Shown here: piece after piece, positions 22,884-34,779 of the stretch
Layout of the letters: every line of letters starts with the position of its first letter
Position numbering within the stretch: position 1 is the first letter of the stretch
Assembly: GCA_002633005.1 (NCBI GenBank)
Contig: NMRA01000545.1
Coordinates: forward strand, 1 to 34,973
Length of the DNA: 34,973 nucleotides
Direction: 5' to 3'
Source of the DNA: Phoronis australis
Taxonomy: Eukaryota; Animalia; Phoronida
Position numbers and translations under genes: made by a program
The notes under the pieces: generated by a model
What the model was told of the DNA's origin: nothing
Seen by the model: only the letters and a program-made list of their open reading frames with translations
The model's database searches: none

Positions 22884-24313
22884 TATATATCACAGTGAAA
22901 AAAAAAAGGGTTACAGTTCTGTTTTGGCTGACATGGTGTTAACAGAGAATGAAGAAAAACTGTAAAGAAAAAGAAAGACAGAAGAGATAAGTGGTGTTAA
23001 GAACAACAAGAGCAAAAAGTCAAATAAAGAGGTCACTGCAGAAAATAAGTAAGGTCGAAACAATTGCGATTTATTTTCCAGAACTGAAATTCTAAATCAA
23101 TTTAATCGATTTAAAAATCGATAGCATACTAGTAAAACAGTTCGTGGTCGAAGTAGAATTGCTGTAAACCACTTTCCACTATTTTCTTGGCCTTTTTCTG
23201 TGTGGGTTTTCTATTCTTTCAAAGGGCGGCAGCATGTGACGACCATAGGAGTCATTGTAAAATGGCTGCCGAAAAGCAATGTACAGTTGAACAACTCGGC
23301 ATAAGTAAAAGAAAACATTTGAATCAACGAATACTATATATTTGTGAGAGTTAAATCAAATCCTATTCAGAGCATAACTTTGAAGTGGAATAATTGGGTG
23401 AGTACGACAACAAGCCGGTTTTATGCTTAGGCGGACGACCATTGGGTTCCCGAGTATATAAGGTTCTTTTTACTTTTAGGTTCGAGACTTTTTGGTTGAG
23501 AATGCATTGTGGGAAGAAAACATGGACATCGAAGGGAAGCTGCGTATGTTTTTCTTGTGTTTGTCGTTTTTATTACTTAATTGAATGTTATGTCGACGCT
23601 GATTGTCGGTGTAATAGTTTTCAAGGTTATATTGTTTTCACATTTGCTTGGAGGTATAGACAATGACCATCGTCTCTATCCAGAATAGAGACGATGATAC
23701 TCGTATAGGAGCTCTATACGACCGGAAGCGTTTCAGCGAACTATGCTTCGCACTGACTAAAACATCAAAGTTACTTTTTGCGCATAGAGGGACACCTTAC
23801 GAGGTTGTCGATGTGTTTAATTCCTTCCAACTCGAACAAATACTCCCGTTACTAAACCTTTTCTTCGAGCAGTCCCTCGTTCAGTTCCCAAAATCGTGAA
23901 GTCACCATTTTTACACTGCCCACGCTCCAAGTTTTACCGCGCCCGCTAGGTGATATGATCTCATGACCTCAATCTTTTAAATAGGCCAATGGTGAGAAAT
24001 TGCAGTCTTGTCAATCAAATGTTTGTTTCCAAAATGCCATGGCAATGTCTCACCGGGCCGCCACTACTTGTCTTTAATTGGCAATTACTTGAAATTGATT
24101 GTATTAAATGATTTATTGTAAATATTTGATAAAAATCAATGATGTTGATATAACATGTAGTCGTCTTTGTGCACATAGTTGACATTTTGAAGTTTAATTG
24201 TTTTAAGTTAGGGTTCAGATGATTCGTTTTCCGAAGTTCATTTGCAACTGGTAACGAACAAGTTCGAACTTTAAAATTAGCACGTTCAACTAAATAACGA
24301 CATATCTATACAA

Positions 24314-24353
24314 TCCAACGTTTCGGTTTATTTCATTAAACCATTCTCAAGGA
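24314..24353 (-). ncRNA. Minimal hammerhead ribozyme, U3-A8 variant
   Basis: UCC UUGAGAA U GGUUUA-AUGAAA-UAAACC GAAACGUU GGA: 6-bp stem II, palindromic AACGUU stem III, GUU triplet, UCC/GGA stem I. Confidence 0.75.
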
Positions 24354-25424
24354 AACAGTTAGAAACACAAAACAAGCAACACAGGTAGAGATGACACTGC
24401 AGGGCTCGACGCTATTAAAATCGCCAGGTCGCATTTTGCGTCCTAGCCAAAATCCCAAGTCGCATTTCCAAAATCCAGCTCGCATTCATAAATGCCAGGT
24501 CGCAAAATATTCCCGCCTTTTTTAAGCGCCAAAATTTATTTTTTAGATCATTGAGAAAATGTTTTGATTATGCTCGTACCCACAGCGTTAAATACTCACA
24601 AATTTCACATTGCAAAATTGACTTCGTTCATACAGGTACGGCGTTATTGTTCTTCACGACCGCCATTGAAAGGCTCTAGAGCGCAAGGCAAGTTGCCGAC
24701 TTGAAAGTTGAATCAGTGCTCTCTAACTGACACGTGCTTTCGAGTAGCTAAGTTTGCGATGTGAAAAGCGAGTAAATGCCCATTGAAAAAGTATCCGGGT
24801 TTTTGCTAGGTCTGACCTGCTGCTGGCTGTCACCAAAGTCGTTAAAGATTCAAACTAACTCGGAGTGCAAATGCCCTCCACTTTTTGTTCGCAGTCCAAA
24901 TTTTGCATCTTAACTCGACGTTTGAAAAACATCTATCGAAAAAAATTCGTGAAACGATGCTCTAACCGAATTCCCTATTTGGATGCGCGGGAACACTTCA
25001 GTGCAAATTTCACAACAAAAATGTGGTACTTATGCTGTTTACGTACTCAACAATTAGTTTTCCATGAAATGAATAGCCTCGAAATAATTTCCGACTCCCT
25101 CCGTGCGGGTTTTCATCGGGTAATGGCGAGTTTGCTCCTCAATACCCTCCAAGTACGGGAAAAATAGGTCAGTAGCAAAACGACACTCATGTCACTAGTG
25201 TTAACATTCTTTCCGAGGTATGAAACAAAGCCGGTATTCGGTTTTTACATGCTGAGAAACGACGTTTTTTGAAAACTGAAGTTGTTTTAAAATGAGAGTG
25301 ACACACCATATAGGCTGCGTGTCAATTTTCTACCACGCGCGGTCGTTTGTAGTGGGCTATGATGGGCGCCAGCCTGAACTGTGGGCGCTTATTTGGAAAT
25401 TCTCAAAAGTTGAGGGGGAACGCA

Positions 25425-25457
25425 TAGTAGGTCAGTGAGCTTAGTAGGTCAGTGAGC
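25425..25457. repeat. Short tandem duplication (17-bp period)
   Basis: TAGTAGGTCAGTGAGC at 25425-25440 and 25442-25457. Confidence 0.9.
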
Positions 25458-25631
25458 GCTTATTACGAAACACTTCAAAGGTAGGGAGTAGGCTTGTGCG
25501 TGAGCATAGTCGTTAGACTGAGTGTTTGCAGTAATAAGGTATTGGAAGACTGCAATGGTAAGAAACGTTATAACAATATGATTTTGCGAGGCAAATTCCA
25601 TCTAGTAGGAGCGGCTTTCTGGATATTGTTA

Positions 25632-25684
25632 CCACCTACACTGTACCCTTTTTAGCCACCTACACTGTACCCTTTTTAGCCACC
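25632..25684. repeat. Short tandem duplication (24-bp period)
   Basis: CCACCTACACTGTACCCTTTTTAG x2 followed by CCACC. Confidence 0.9.
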
Positions 25685-26967
25685 AGGAATATATTTTTTT
25701 TAATTGCCCGCTTCAGCCAGAACAAGATTGTTTCTATTTGAGTCTGAACTATGAGTCTATGGTGGTCCGGAGAGCGAAAAGTTGCTGGGGGAGGGGGGTG
25801 TATGAAGAGAAGAATAGAAAGTTCGCTAACCACAATTTTGCATCTAGTACCCGTTTAGTTGCAATAGCTGGCTACGGGCATAGAATATGGGGTTTAGAGA
25901 ACATCGACCTCGGGAAACATCGGAACAGGAAAACATCAGTTTTGGGTTACTATATCCGTTCTGTAATGCATCGGGGGTTTTATAACTGCCGGGAATCTTT
26001 AAATTTATTTTCAAATAAACCACTGGCGCCTGGTTGATTATCAGAGTTAAGCCGGTATACTCTTTCATTTAGGACTCTGTCGCTGTTCTCTTTTGATGTA
26101 CAGCTTTGAAGTGGTGCGCACGCGGGAGTTCACGCACTTAAATCGAGCAGGCCTACACTTTACGTTAGCAACAACGTGTGAAAGACAAATCATATTTCAC
26201 GCACATAGCCCCAGAAACAAGTAAAGGGGTCTGAGAATTTCTTGGCATTCAACTGAAAGTAAAGACGTTGCCGTCGTTTGGCGATTAACAGGTTTGACAT
26301 TTTCATTTTGGCTGTCTTATGCGATAAAGTGAAGATTGTCTGCCTTGACCGCGTGCGCGCTAACAACGGGATCAACCAGTGCGGCCGCAGCCACAGGGAT
26401 ATTGTCGTGGATATTTAGTAGATGTAATAAGGACATCTTACGCGAAAAATAAACATATTTGTCCACCACATAGTTTGGTAAGCTGACCGTTTAAGATTTA
26501 GTAGAAACACCGCTGTTTTGTGACGTTTTATCACGTGTTATGCAGTAGCCCGAAACATTCTTCCGCGAATCCGGAAATTTCCAAAAGTGGCCGAAAATGT
26601 TAGCCAATGAAACGTGTCATATATCGATTCCGCATACCCCATGTTCACGCGACTTGCTAACAAGTCATCGGGAGGGCTGTTCTCGGTTAGTATTCTTTTG
26701 AACTTGGATTTGGCAAAAAACCAAATAACCGAGTTGGATTAACAAGAGTTGCTTTGTATTTGCCAGGGATCTGCCAAGAAGTGCAAAAACTCAGATCGCA
26801 TTCGTTGGAAATTTCAGGTCGCATTTTGCGACTTCATACGAGCTGACAAAAATCTCAGCTCGCCTTTCCAAATTTCAGGTCGCAAATGCGACCTACAGCT
26901 CGTTATGTCGAGCCCTGCACTGTACAGGTACACATCAAAATGCATTGTGAGTGGGAGAGACCAGAAA

Positions 26968-27355
26968 TCAAAACAGTTGGAGCTCAAATGAACCAATGTT
27001 TCTATTGAGGTAACGCTCAGCATGATTCAACCGTATATGCATAGCCTCCTTTATGAGGAGCCTCAGGGTGGCATTATCCTTGTCTAAGATCTGAACACCA
27101 GAGCAATCTATAGTGTGACCAGTTGTCAGTTACTCTTATGCTAAGAATCCTGTTCGTCATTCCAATGTAAAAGTGTTCACAGTCACTGCAGTTTAGTTTG
27201 TACACAACATGACTTCTTTGAGAATTACTCAACAGTGTTTTAAGTCTCGACAACGGCAAAAGTCTGTTTACAGGTTTGAAGATAGTAACGAGTTGCAAAC
27301 ATGGAGCAATAGCTCCAAGCATTCTCTTGATCTGCCTCTCGACTACACTACAACT
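26968..27355 (-). pseudogene. PLE GIY-YIG endonuclease fragment
   Basis: SHVVYKLNCSDCEHFYIGMTNRILSIRV, then after a frameshifting deletion TGHTIDCSGVQILDKDNATLRLLIKEAMHI...LNRNIGSFELQLF*. Confidence 0.88.
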
Positions 27356-30088
27356 GGGCAATTCCGTGAAAAGGTCAACCTCACCAAAAAAAAATTAAAT
27401 TGTGGCTAAACCAACATTTTTGGTTTCATCTGAAAACCCTTTCTCTCTAGTTTCAGGACCCATATTTGACTGTCCTATAACTTTCAATTTTTTGCTTAAA
27501 TGGACCCATTTTTGGGGGTCACTTGACCCTAAAAAATTAGCTCGATTTTTATGTGTGTTGCTAATTATTGTAAAAAGCTAATCATGGGTTTTCACTATAC
27601 TATCAATTTTGTGCAACCACATGAACCCCAAACCTTATAAAAAATAACATTTCAACTCTGGCACATCAATGACCTCTTGAGGTCAGAGGTCAACTCCTGA
27701 ATATCATGGTGCCGTACGTCCATCACAAAAAAGTGTTAAAAAGTTTAGTCATGTTAAAAGTTTTTAATCAAAATTAAAATTCTCTTTTAACTTAAGTTGT
27801 TACTAAATACTATTGACCAAAATTTTGGATCCCAGGGATTATTCGTTAAGTCAGAAATTGTGTGACAGACGTACAGCAAATTTGTACGTCCGTCGCGTAC
27901 GTCCATCACACCCATGAAATTGTAATTTTTCAGCCAATAAAAATAACCTTAGGTCATATTTTTACTTTCTAAACTTGCATGATAATATGTGTCTCACACC
28001 TAAGAACCTCTAAACCATAAAATATTACTAAGGCATCTTTAAAATTAAGTGAAGAAGTTGTTACATATTTTAACTAAATGAATTGATTTTTTTTTCAATT
28101 TCAAAAGTATTTGCGGAAAAGTTATAGTTTACATTGTCATCTAGTTATTCTTAGTAAAATTCAACTTATTAAAATCAAACAGTTGTACCACATAACAAAA
28201 TGTAAATAAAACAAAATGTTAATTTAATGAACTTATTGTTTTTCTGTTGGTACCCCGTGTTAGCACAGAAATGCTTAGCTTTTGGGAAATTCAAGATGCA
28301 AAAATATTCATACAACAGAACTTCTAAGGTGCTCTAGAGTATAGCGAATAACAAGAGACCTAAAGGAACACATGTCAAATTGCTATTGCACTGGAATTAA
28401 CATGTTATTTCTGCTTCGACCTGCTTTGTTGTGTTTGTTGAAAAAGCCAATACCGGGAATTTTCAAGCGGTAAGAATCTGTCACGTACTTTATTGAGCAT
28501 TTTTGTCACACTCTCACTGGCTGTAGGCACTCTTTGTGTTTTTCAGTGTATTGAGTCATTGGGTGGCTTGTATGAAATTATTTCATAGCAAATTATTACA
28601 TTGTCTCATCTTACATATTTTTGATCCTTCAATCTTTTTAAGAATTAGTTGACTAATTTTTTTTCTGCTGAGCTTCGCGGAGATTAAGCCCCATTAAGAA
28701 AGGATAGAGGAAATTGTTGGAGACCACGGGAAGAACAGACGCAACTGGGAGAAGAATGAATATCTGCTGGAATATTCTGTGAAACTCGAAAAAAATGCCA
28801 TCGTGGATCAAGAAATTCATAATTCTACTTGTACGTTCTGTGATGTGCCATTATTTAAAGCCTCTTATTAAATTTGAAAAGAAGGCATGAGTTAAAGAGC
28901 TGGATGAAAACCTAATCATTTTAATCACTAAATAGAAACCAGCATCGGATAAGTTAGCTCTAAATATTCCTAAATCATAATCCTAAATGCAATTAATTTA
29001 AAATGTCTTGTTTTCACACTGGAAGACAGCACGGGTTATTTGAATATAACTATGAATGCCAAAAGTCGATGATGTCAACTAAACCATGAGCTTCACACTG
29101 AAGTCCTGTTACTAATACTTTAAAAACATCAGTTATTACTTACATGGGCATGCATCAGAACCATCGACAGCAAGGACCAGAGAATAATTTTGTACAAGCT
29201 CTAAGGACTAGTTCTAATTTAAAAAACAATTAATTAAAATGCATTTTTATGACAGTGATTAACAATGTTTCAAACTTTATGTCACACTCTATATTTTGAC
29301 TGTCATATTTACTTATTAGTTTTGAGTTAGTGTTTTATTTACCACTTAAAAACAGATTTTCCTAATAATAATTAACAGCTGTCAAATACAAAATGATTAT
29401 CACTCTCATTCCAACCGATAATGCTTACCCTCTTCAAAAGGAAGTGAAAATCTTAGGTGATTGTTTTATATCTTTAATCAGATGTATTGAGAAGTTAAAA
29501 TCCTAGAGTTTATATTCCTAGTGTAGCCCTACCTGTGATGATTTCGTGCAAAAAGTCAATCGGTACATTTTAATTAAAAAACATTGAATTAGTAGCATAA
29601 GACCAATATAGCTTAAATACTGTAAAAGTTCGAATCATCCTGAATTGATATCTTAGTCACAACAAACAATTTAATACTAAAAATTCAGAGCGTACGTCCA
29701 TCACGTATGTCCATCACAGTAACTCAATTTATGTCGAGCTCTCTGACAAAAATTTCGTAGCAGATATCAAAAAATTAGTGTGTTGTACTTAAGTTTGTAA
29801 ACATTCCACTAAATCATCATGTAAAACATAAAATTGTAACTTGATGCAACTCACAGAAACTTATCGTTAAAATTAAAAAAAAAATCAAATTGTCTGCGTA
29901 CGTGCGTCACACCCCTTTAAAGACAATGAATTTTCTCAGTCAGAAGATAGGGGAGAAGTTGATACATGCTTTGAAAGCTGTCAGCGAGACCTATCAATTG
30001 ATGTATTAATTTTTTCCTAGGTGAACACTTTTTTCACAATTGATCAAAATGTTCTCTGATTGTACGTCCATCACAAATGGAATTGCCC
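27356..30088. mobile_element. Non-autonomous DNA transposon, Sola2-like
   Basis: 10-bp TIR GGGCAATTCC / GGAATTGCCC (GRG...CYC termini). Flanks AACT / TACT fit a 4-bp TSD with one mismatch. It interrupts the PLE ORF cleanly. About eight CGTACGTCCATCAC-like motifs near the ends; AT-rich interior. Confidence 0.75.
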
Positions 30089-30092
30089 TACT

Positions 30093-30429
30093 AGTACCTA
30101 AATAGGGGAGATTAAGAAGTACTTTCTTCAATTCAGGCCCATGATAAACATCCAAAGGTGTCCTGGATTGGTTACGTAAAAATCTGCCAGTGCTGGATTT
30201 AATAAACGTTTTAGGGTAACCATTTTGGATCAAGAGGTTATTTAAAATTAAATTTCTCGGGCAAACAAGTCAGGATTGCTACAAATCTTAAAGGCGCGAT
30301 TAAGCAGACCATTGACCAGACCAGTTTTGTGCTTTTTTGGAACAAAACTATCCCACTTGAGGTACAGACCTGAGAATGTGGGTTTTCTGTACACTGATGT
30401 AGACAATAAGTCATTCTGACGGTGAACTT
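30093..30429 (-). pseudogene. PLE reverse transcriptase thumb and linker fragment
   Basis: STSVYRKPTFSGLYLKWDSFVPK, GLVNGLLNRAFKICS, LIQNGYPKTFI and VLLNLPYLG are typical Penelope/Poseidon RT C-terminal motifs, here with frameshifts. Confidence 0.88.
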
Positions 30430-30466
30430 ATACCTATAATACCTGTAATACCTGTCACGGACAGGA

Positions 30467-33400
30467 TCATTGGGGATATGCTGGTGCATTTATCCCCTCC
30501 CCAGACCATCCCCGTGACAGCAAAAGGCGCAGAGCTCCAGGGCTGACGTTGCCTGTAAGCATTTGATTAGACAGCACTCGGGCACGGCTCTTCTTGTGAC
30601 TCTTCGCAGCATGGCCATAAATAATACCGGCTTCGAGCAGTCGGCTGCCATCATTGAACTCCGCCAGTTGGGATGCAGTCTGCTCGAGGTTGCGTTTGCG
30701 GGCCAGCAGCTTAACGTCAGCCGAATATAAGTAGAGGGGTTGGTTGGTGGTGCATGAGCCAGCGAGGTAATCTGCACGCTCATTAATCAAGACACCGGCG
30801 TGGCCAGGTACGAAAGACCAGATCACTACATGATGAGGGTGGCGTGATCGGAAGACACCCCAGTTGGCTGGGAGGTTTCCAGATTGAACTTTCATCAACA
30901 CTGCCATGGAATCGGTGGCAAAGATAATGGTGTGATTCTCCAGGTCTAGGAGTGACAGCTTGGTTAGGGCACGTTGTATAGCCTCAAACTCCATCCGCGT
31001 ACTGCTTGTGTATACATGGTGGCAGCCACTACCTTCCGCAATGACATTGTTAGCACAGTGTATTTGATAACCCCATCCCGCACGATTAGTTTCACCATCG
31101 AAGGATCCATCAGTTGCTACAATGATGGCATTAATACCGCCAAGATTACGCCATTGCTGACGGCACAATGCTTGGGCTACTTCAGGAGGCCATTCCCGAG
31201 CTTCCCTGTTGAAAGCAATGATGACATTCGGTTCTTCACCAAGTTCTTGTACTGGCAGCCAAGCAGCATCTTGCGCGATCATGTGTTTGCCGATGAGACC
31301 CATGGTTGCGTTAACAGCAGCGACAATCCACGAGCACCTGCTAAGTCTTTGGTGGGAGGCATTGCGAAAAGGTCTAGGACGAAGTCCATAAGTTTCTGTT
31401 GTAGGGACGGGGTTCACGCACCTGTCAAGTGCAATCTTCACTTGACTGTGTAATGGATGGAAGGAGCTTTGAACAGCCTTGGCTACAGTAATACCTTGTA
31501 GAAGGGATTGTCTGTCTGCAATGCTGGGAATACCGACAAGGTAACGTAATGCTGTGACTGACATAGATCTCGTACATCCAGTGATGACGCGAAGACCAAT
31601 GCCTCTCAAGTCTGTTGATTTGATTTTTACTGATGTTGATCATGGGGAGAGCGTAGTGGAAGACCGAAGTGACCAGGGCTTTATAAAGCATGACGAGGTG
31701 CCTTTCCTCCACCTTCCGACCAGCCGCAGCCCTAAGGGTATTGATTCCTCTGTTAGCACGGCTGATCATACTGTTAACTTGAGTTGTGAAGTTGAGCCTG
31801 CGGTCGAGTTCTACACCCAAGTGACGCATGTGGTCAGATGTTGCAATCAACTTTCCATCGTAGGTAGGGCAAGGGAAATCATCAACACTGAGGCGATTGT
31901 CCAGAGTACAGAAGAGCTTCACATTTGTCTCCATTGCAGCTCATTCCACTGGTAGCACAAAACTCGCAGATTTTCGTCAATGAAGACTGTGCGGAGAATC
32001 TCATGATGTGTTTGTCCTTGCGATGACAGCAGCATGTCGTCTGTAAAGGTGCGAAGTTGGCAGTCAGCGCGGTTCAGTCTGGCGAGTGGGAGAGTGTAGA
32101 TATTGAACAGCACTGGGGACAGAGGTGAACCTTGGGGTAAGCCTGTGTTGACAGGTAACCATTCTGAACGCCATTTGCGATGTTTTAGCATGCGTCGCCG
32201 GCTGGTGACGGCACTCATCACCCGTCTAATGCATCGTTCAGGAATACCGAGATGAAGCATGCCATCCGCAAGTTTTGGAAGTTAAACAGAATTGTACGCA
32301 TCTTCTAGATCAAGGCCAACGAGGAGAGTGTTTTCTTTGTTTTCAAAACCTTGCCATATCTCATCTGCAACAGAAGCTGCATTGGCCCATGAATCTCTAC
32401 CAGGTCGATAAGCACCCATTCCTGGGAGGAGCCAGGGTTCAATCAACTTGGTGATTCTTTGCGCCATGATCCTTTCAGGGATTTTTCCAATGACGTTCTG
32501 CATCACTATGATGCGATATCCCTTGAGTGCACGATGGTCTTTTCCAGGTTTTGGTACAGGAATTAAGAAGGCATCTCTCCAAATGTGAGGGATGATTCCA
32601 GTGGCCAAACTGATGTTGTAAGACTTCACAAGCTTGGCCAGCAGAAAGTCAGGCAAAGACTTGAGTGTCAGGACTCTCACGCCATCGGGGCCAGGGGCAC
32701 CTTCTTTGCAAGTTTTGATAGCATCCGCAACTTCTGCTGTAGAGAATTGACTGTCCTGTTCAGCTGTCTTGCAAAGTCCATCTAGTTGTTGGATGAGGAG
32801 GTTTCTTTCAGATTGATCACTGTGGTCACTTTGCTGGATGAAACGCAGGAGAAAGCCTCACCCTGTTCCCTGTCATTTCTGAGAATGGTGTTGCTTGCAT
32901 TCAGTAGGATGGATCTGGGAGGAGCACGTCTCTTGTCCATGTTACGATGGAAGTGCCAGAAATCTGTAGCTGTCAAGTTGGATCGACTGCAAAGCTCATC
33001 CCATCGACGATTGGCAGCCTCGTATGCTGAGCGTTTGAACAAGGCAGTGGCCCTGTTTCTGGCTGTTCTGATGACCGTGAACTCTTCCGGTGTGCAGTTT
33101 TGGCGTGCACGATCAAAATCCCGCTCTTTGGAGCGCTTGTTGGCCCAGGCAGTGTCAACATCTTTATTCCACCAAGTAGGGGGGTTCTGCCTCCTGTGGT
33201 GGCATACGTGCTTATGTAAGCTTTTGGCGTGTCTGCACACTGATTTCCAGATTTTATTCCCTTCGGTATTATTGTAGGGCCGTTTATAAGTTGTTACTGG
33301 AGCCTTTAATTGGTGGTGTAGTTGAACTTCACACAAGTAGTGATCGCTTCCAGCTTGACAACTCCTACGCCACTCAGCACGGTCGCGAAGATTGTGGCTA

Positions 33401-34156
33401 CTCAGAGCAAGCTCAATGCACGAGTCCTTGTCACCCGGTCTCTCAGCCATCCTAGTGGGTTCACCAGAGTTGAGAATATGTAAATCTAGTTCTGGAAGGC
33501 ATTCGGCGAGACCTTTACCATTTGGGTTCACACCGTAGACATCCCTGCTGGATTGACGAGCATTAAAGTTACCAACAATGAGAATGTCGGGATAGATGTG
33601 AAGCAGATTGTGAAGAAAATTCCAATGGTCGCAACTAGGGGAGGAGTTTCCCCGTATATACAGATGGACTAGTGTGAATGGGTCGCGGAAACCAGGATCA
33701 GTGACACTTATAATCTGTAGTTGCCGGTTAGTGGTAGTGAAGCTGTGAGTATCCACAAGCTCTACCATGGTGTGGCTGTCTTTGTTGATTGCGTACGCCA
33801 GGCCATTGGTGATGCCCTCTCTAGGAAAAATGAAACCTTCAAGTTCAAAGTCTGTTAGGTCCTTGAGTTTGGTTACTTGGAACAGGAGAATGTCGTAGCC
33901 CGCACAGATTTTATCCAGTAATATGCTTGCTGCCACGTATGCCACGTATATTACACTAACCAATCCTGAGGCGGTTGAGTTGAAGTCTTTTGTACTTGAG
34001 TTGTCTGGCTCGTTTGCCAGCTCTTTTACCTCTGCGTTTCTTTCTAGGTCCGAGCTTTCTGGCACCACGGCGGATGTTCTGTCTGGCTGCACTTTCCCAG
34101 TCGCGCCGTCCAGCATCCGTATGGACGTTTACTTCTATAAGTCTTGAAGCAGGCAA
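30467..34156 (-). pseudogene. Disrupted LINE polyprotein: APE endonuclease, RT and RNase H
   Basis: RRGKRAG then LRIG*CNIRG, GNFNAR, GEPTR, GSDH (APE). APGPDGV, PVPKPGKD, DLEDAYNSV, GLPQGSPLSPVLFNIY, FTDD, HLGVELD (RT). ATDGS, SSTRMEFEAI, TDSMAVL, VPGHAGVLINERADYLA (RNase H). Split over several frames by stops and frameshifts. Confidence 0.92.
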
Positions 34157-34779
34157 TGGAGTAACGATAAGCCTGTCAAGGTTGTAACAACCTCTAAGCC
34201 CCCTACGCCCAAAGGGGCAGGCTAACCGCGGCGGGTCAGTTCCCTACTGGCCTGGGGCTGCCAGGCTTAAGGCGGACGGCAACTGACCAATAAGGGTTAA
34301 AGAACCCCTCCCACCGTCATGCGTGGCCGCTGACGCCCACCCGACACCAATGAGGTGATGGCTTAGAATCGGTAAACTGCCACGCACCGGTATGTTCACT
34401 GACACAATTTGGCAGCCGGGAGTGACCTCCGCCGGTCCCCTGACTAAGAAGACAATCCGTCGTCTCCTGCCCTTCTGAACGTTGAGTGCGTAGGACAAGT
34501 AAGGTATCCAACAGACACTTTGTCCGCTCTGATGGGGAGGTCGGCTCCACCTGCAGCTCTCTGCAGTTCTTCTGACCGTTGAGTGCATCTGAAAGGCACC
34601 ACGTCCGCTCAGCCACAAAAAGCAAGTATTTTACAGGACAAGGTAGTAAGTCTTGAGCCCAAGCAATGAAGGGTGCTATTTGCCCATAGCTGGGAGTTAG
34701 GTTGGTGAACACCAGAGCATATCCATACACCGATGGGTCATGCACGTTGCACCTTTAAGAGCCTAACCTCTTCCGAGAT

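Larger units (their letters stand above)
19416..22905 (+). mobile_element. 5'-truncated, young CR1-group non-LTR retrotransposon (LINE)
   Basis: Perfect 15-bp TSD AAGGGTTACAGTTCT at 19401-19415 and 22906-22920. AATAAA at 22878-22883 and a short poly(A) tail. Intact APE-RT ORF. Confidence 0.93.
24400..26917. mobile_element. Non-autonomous DNA transposon with hAT-like termini and 5-bp TSD (hAT5-like)
   Basis: TIR CAGGGCTCGAC / GTCGAGCCCTG, flanked by CACTG at 24395-24399 and 26918-26922. Four AG(G/C)TCGCA-like motifs at each end. No transposase ORF. Confidence 0.85.
24300..30429 (-). mobile_element. Second Penelope-like retroelement, in three pieces (30429-30093, 27355-26918, 24399-~24300) separated by nested insertions
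   Basis: Removing the two DNA transposons and one TSD copy each rejoins RT thumb, linker (LPYLGT|SCSVVERQ), GIY-YIG, 3' UTR and hammerhead in the expected order. Confidence 0.88.

Noticed and set aside
30974-33277. Plus-strand ORFs of 130-160 aa
   Set aside because: Antisense shadows of the LINE coding region with no recognisable motifs.
33960-34116. N-terminal part of the 444-aa ORF (MLDGATG...) as the true LINE protein start
   Set aside because: The APE start motif (LRIG*CNIRG) and the RRGKRAG leader are in another frame, so this segment is an out-of-frame read-through.
33950-34320. 2A-like DxExNPGP peptide expected in some Ingi elements
   Set aside because: No NPGP motif was found upstream of the APE domain.
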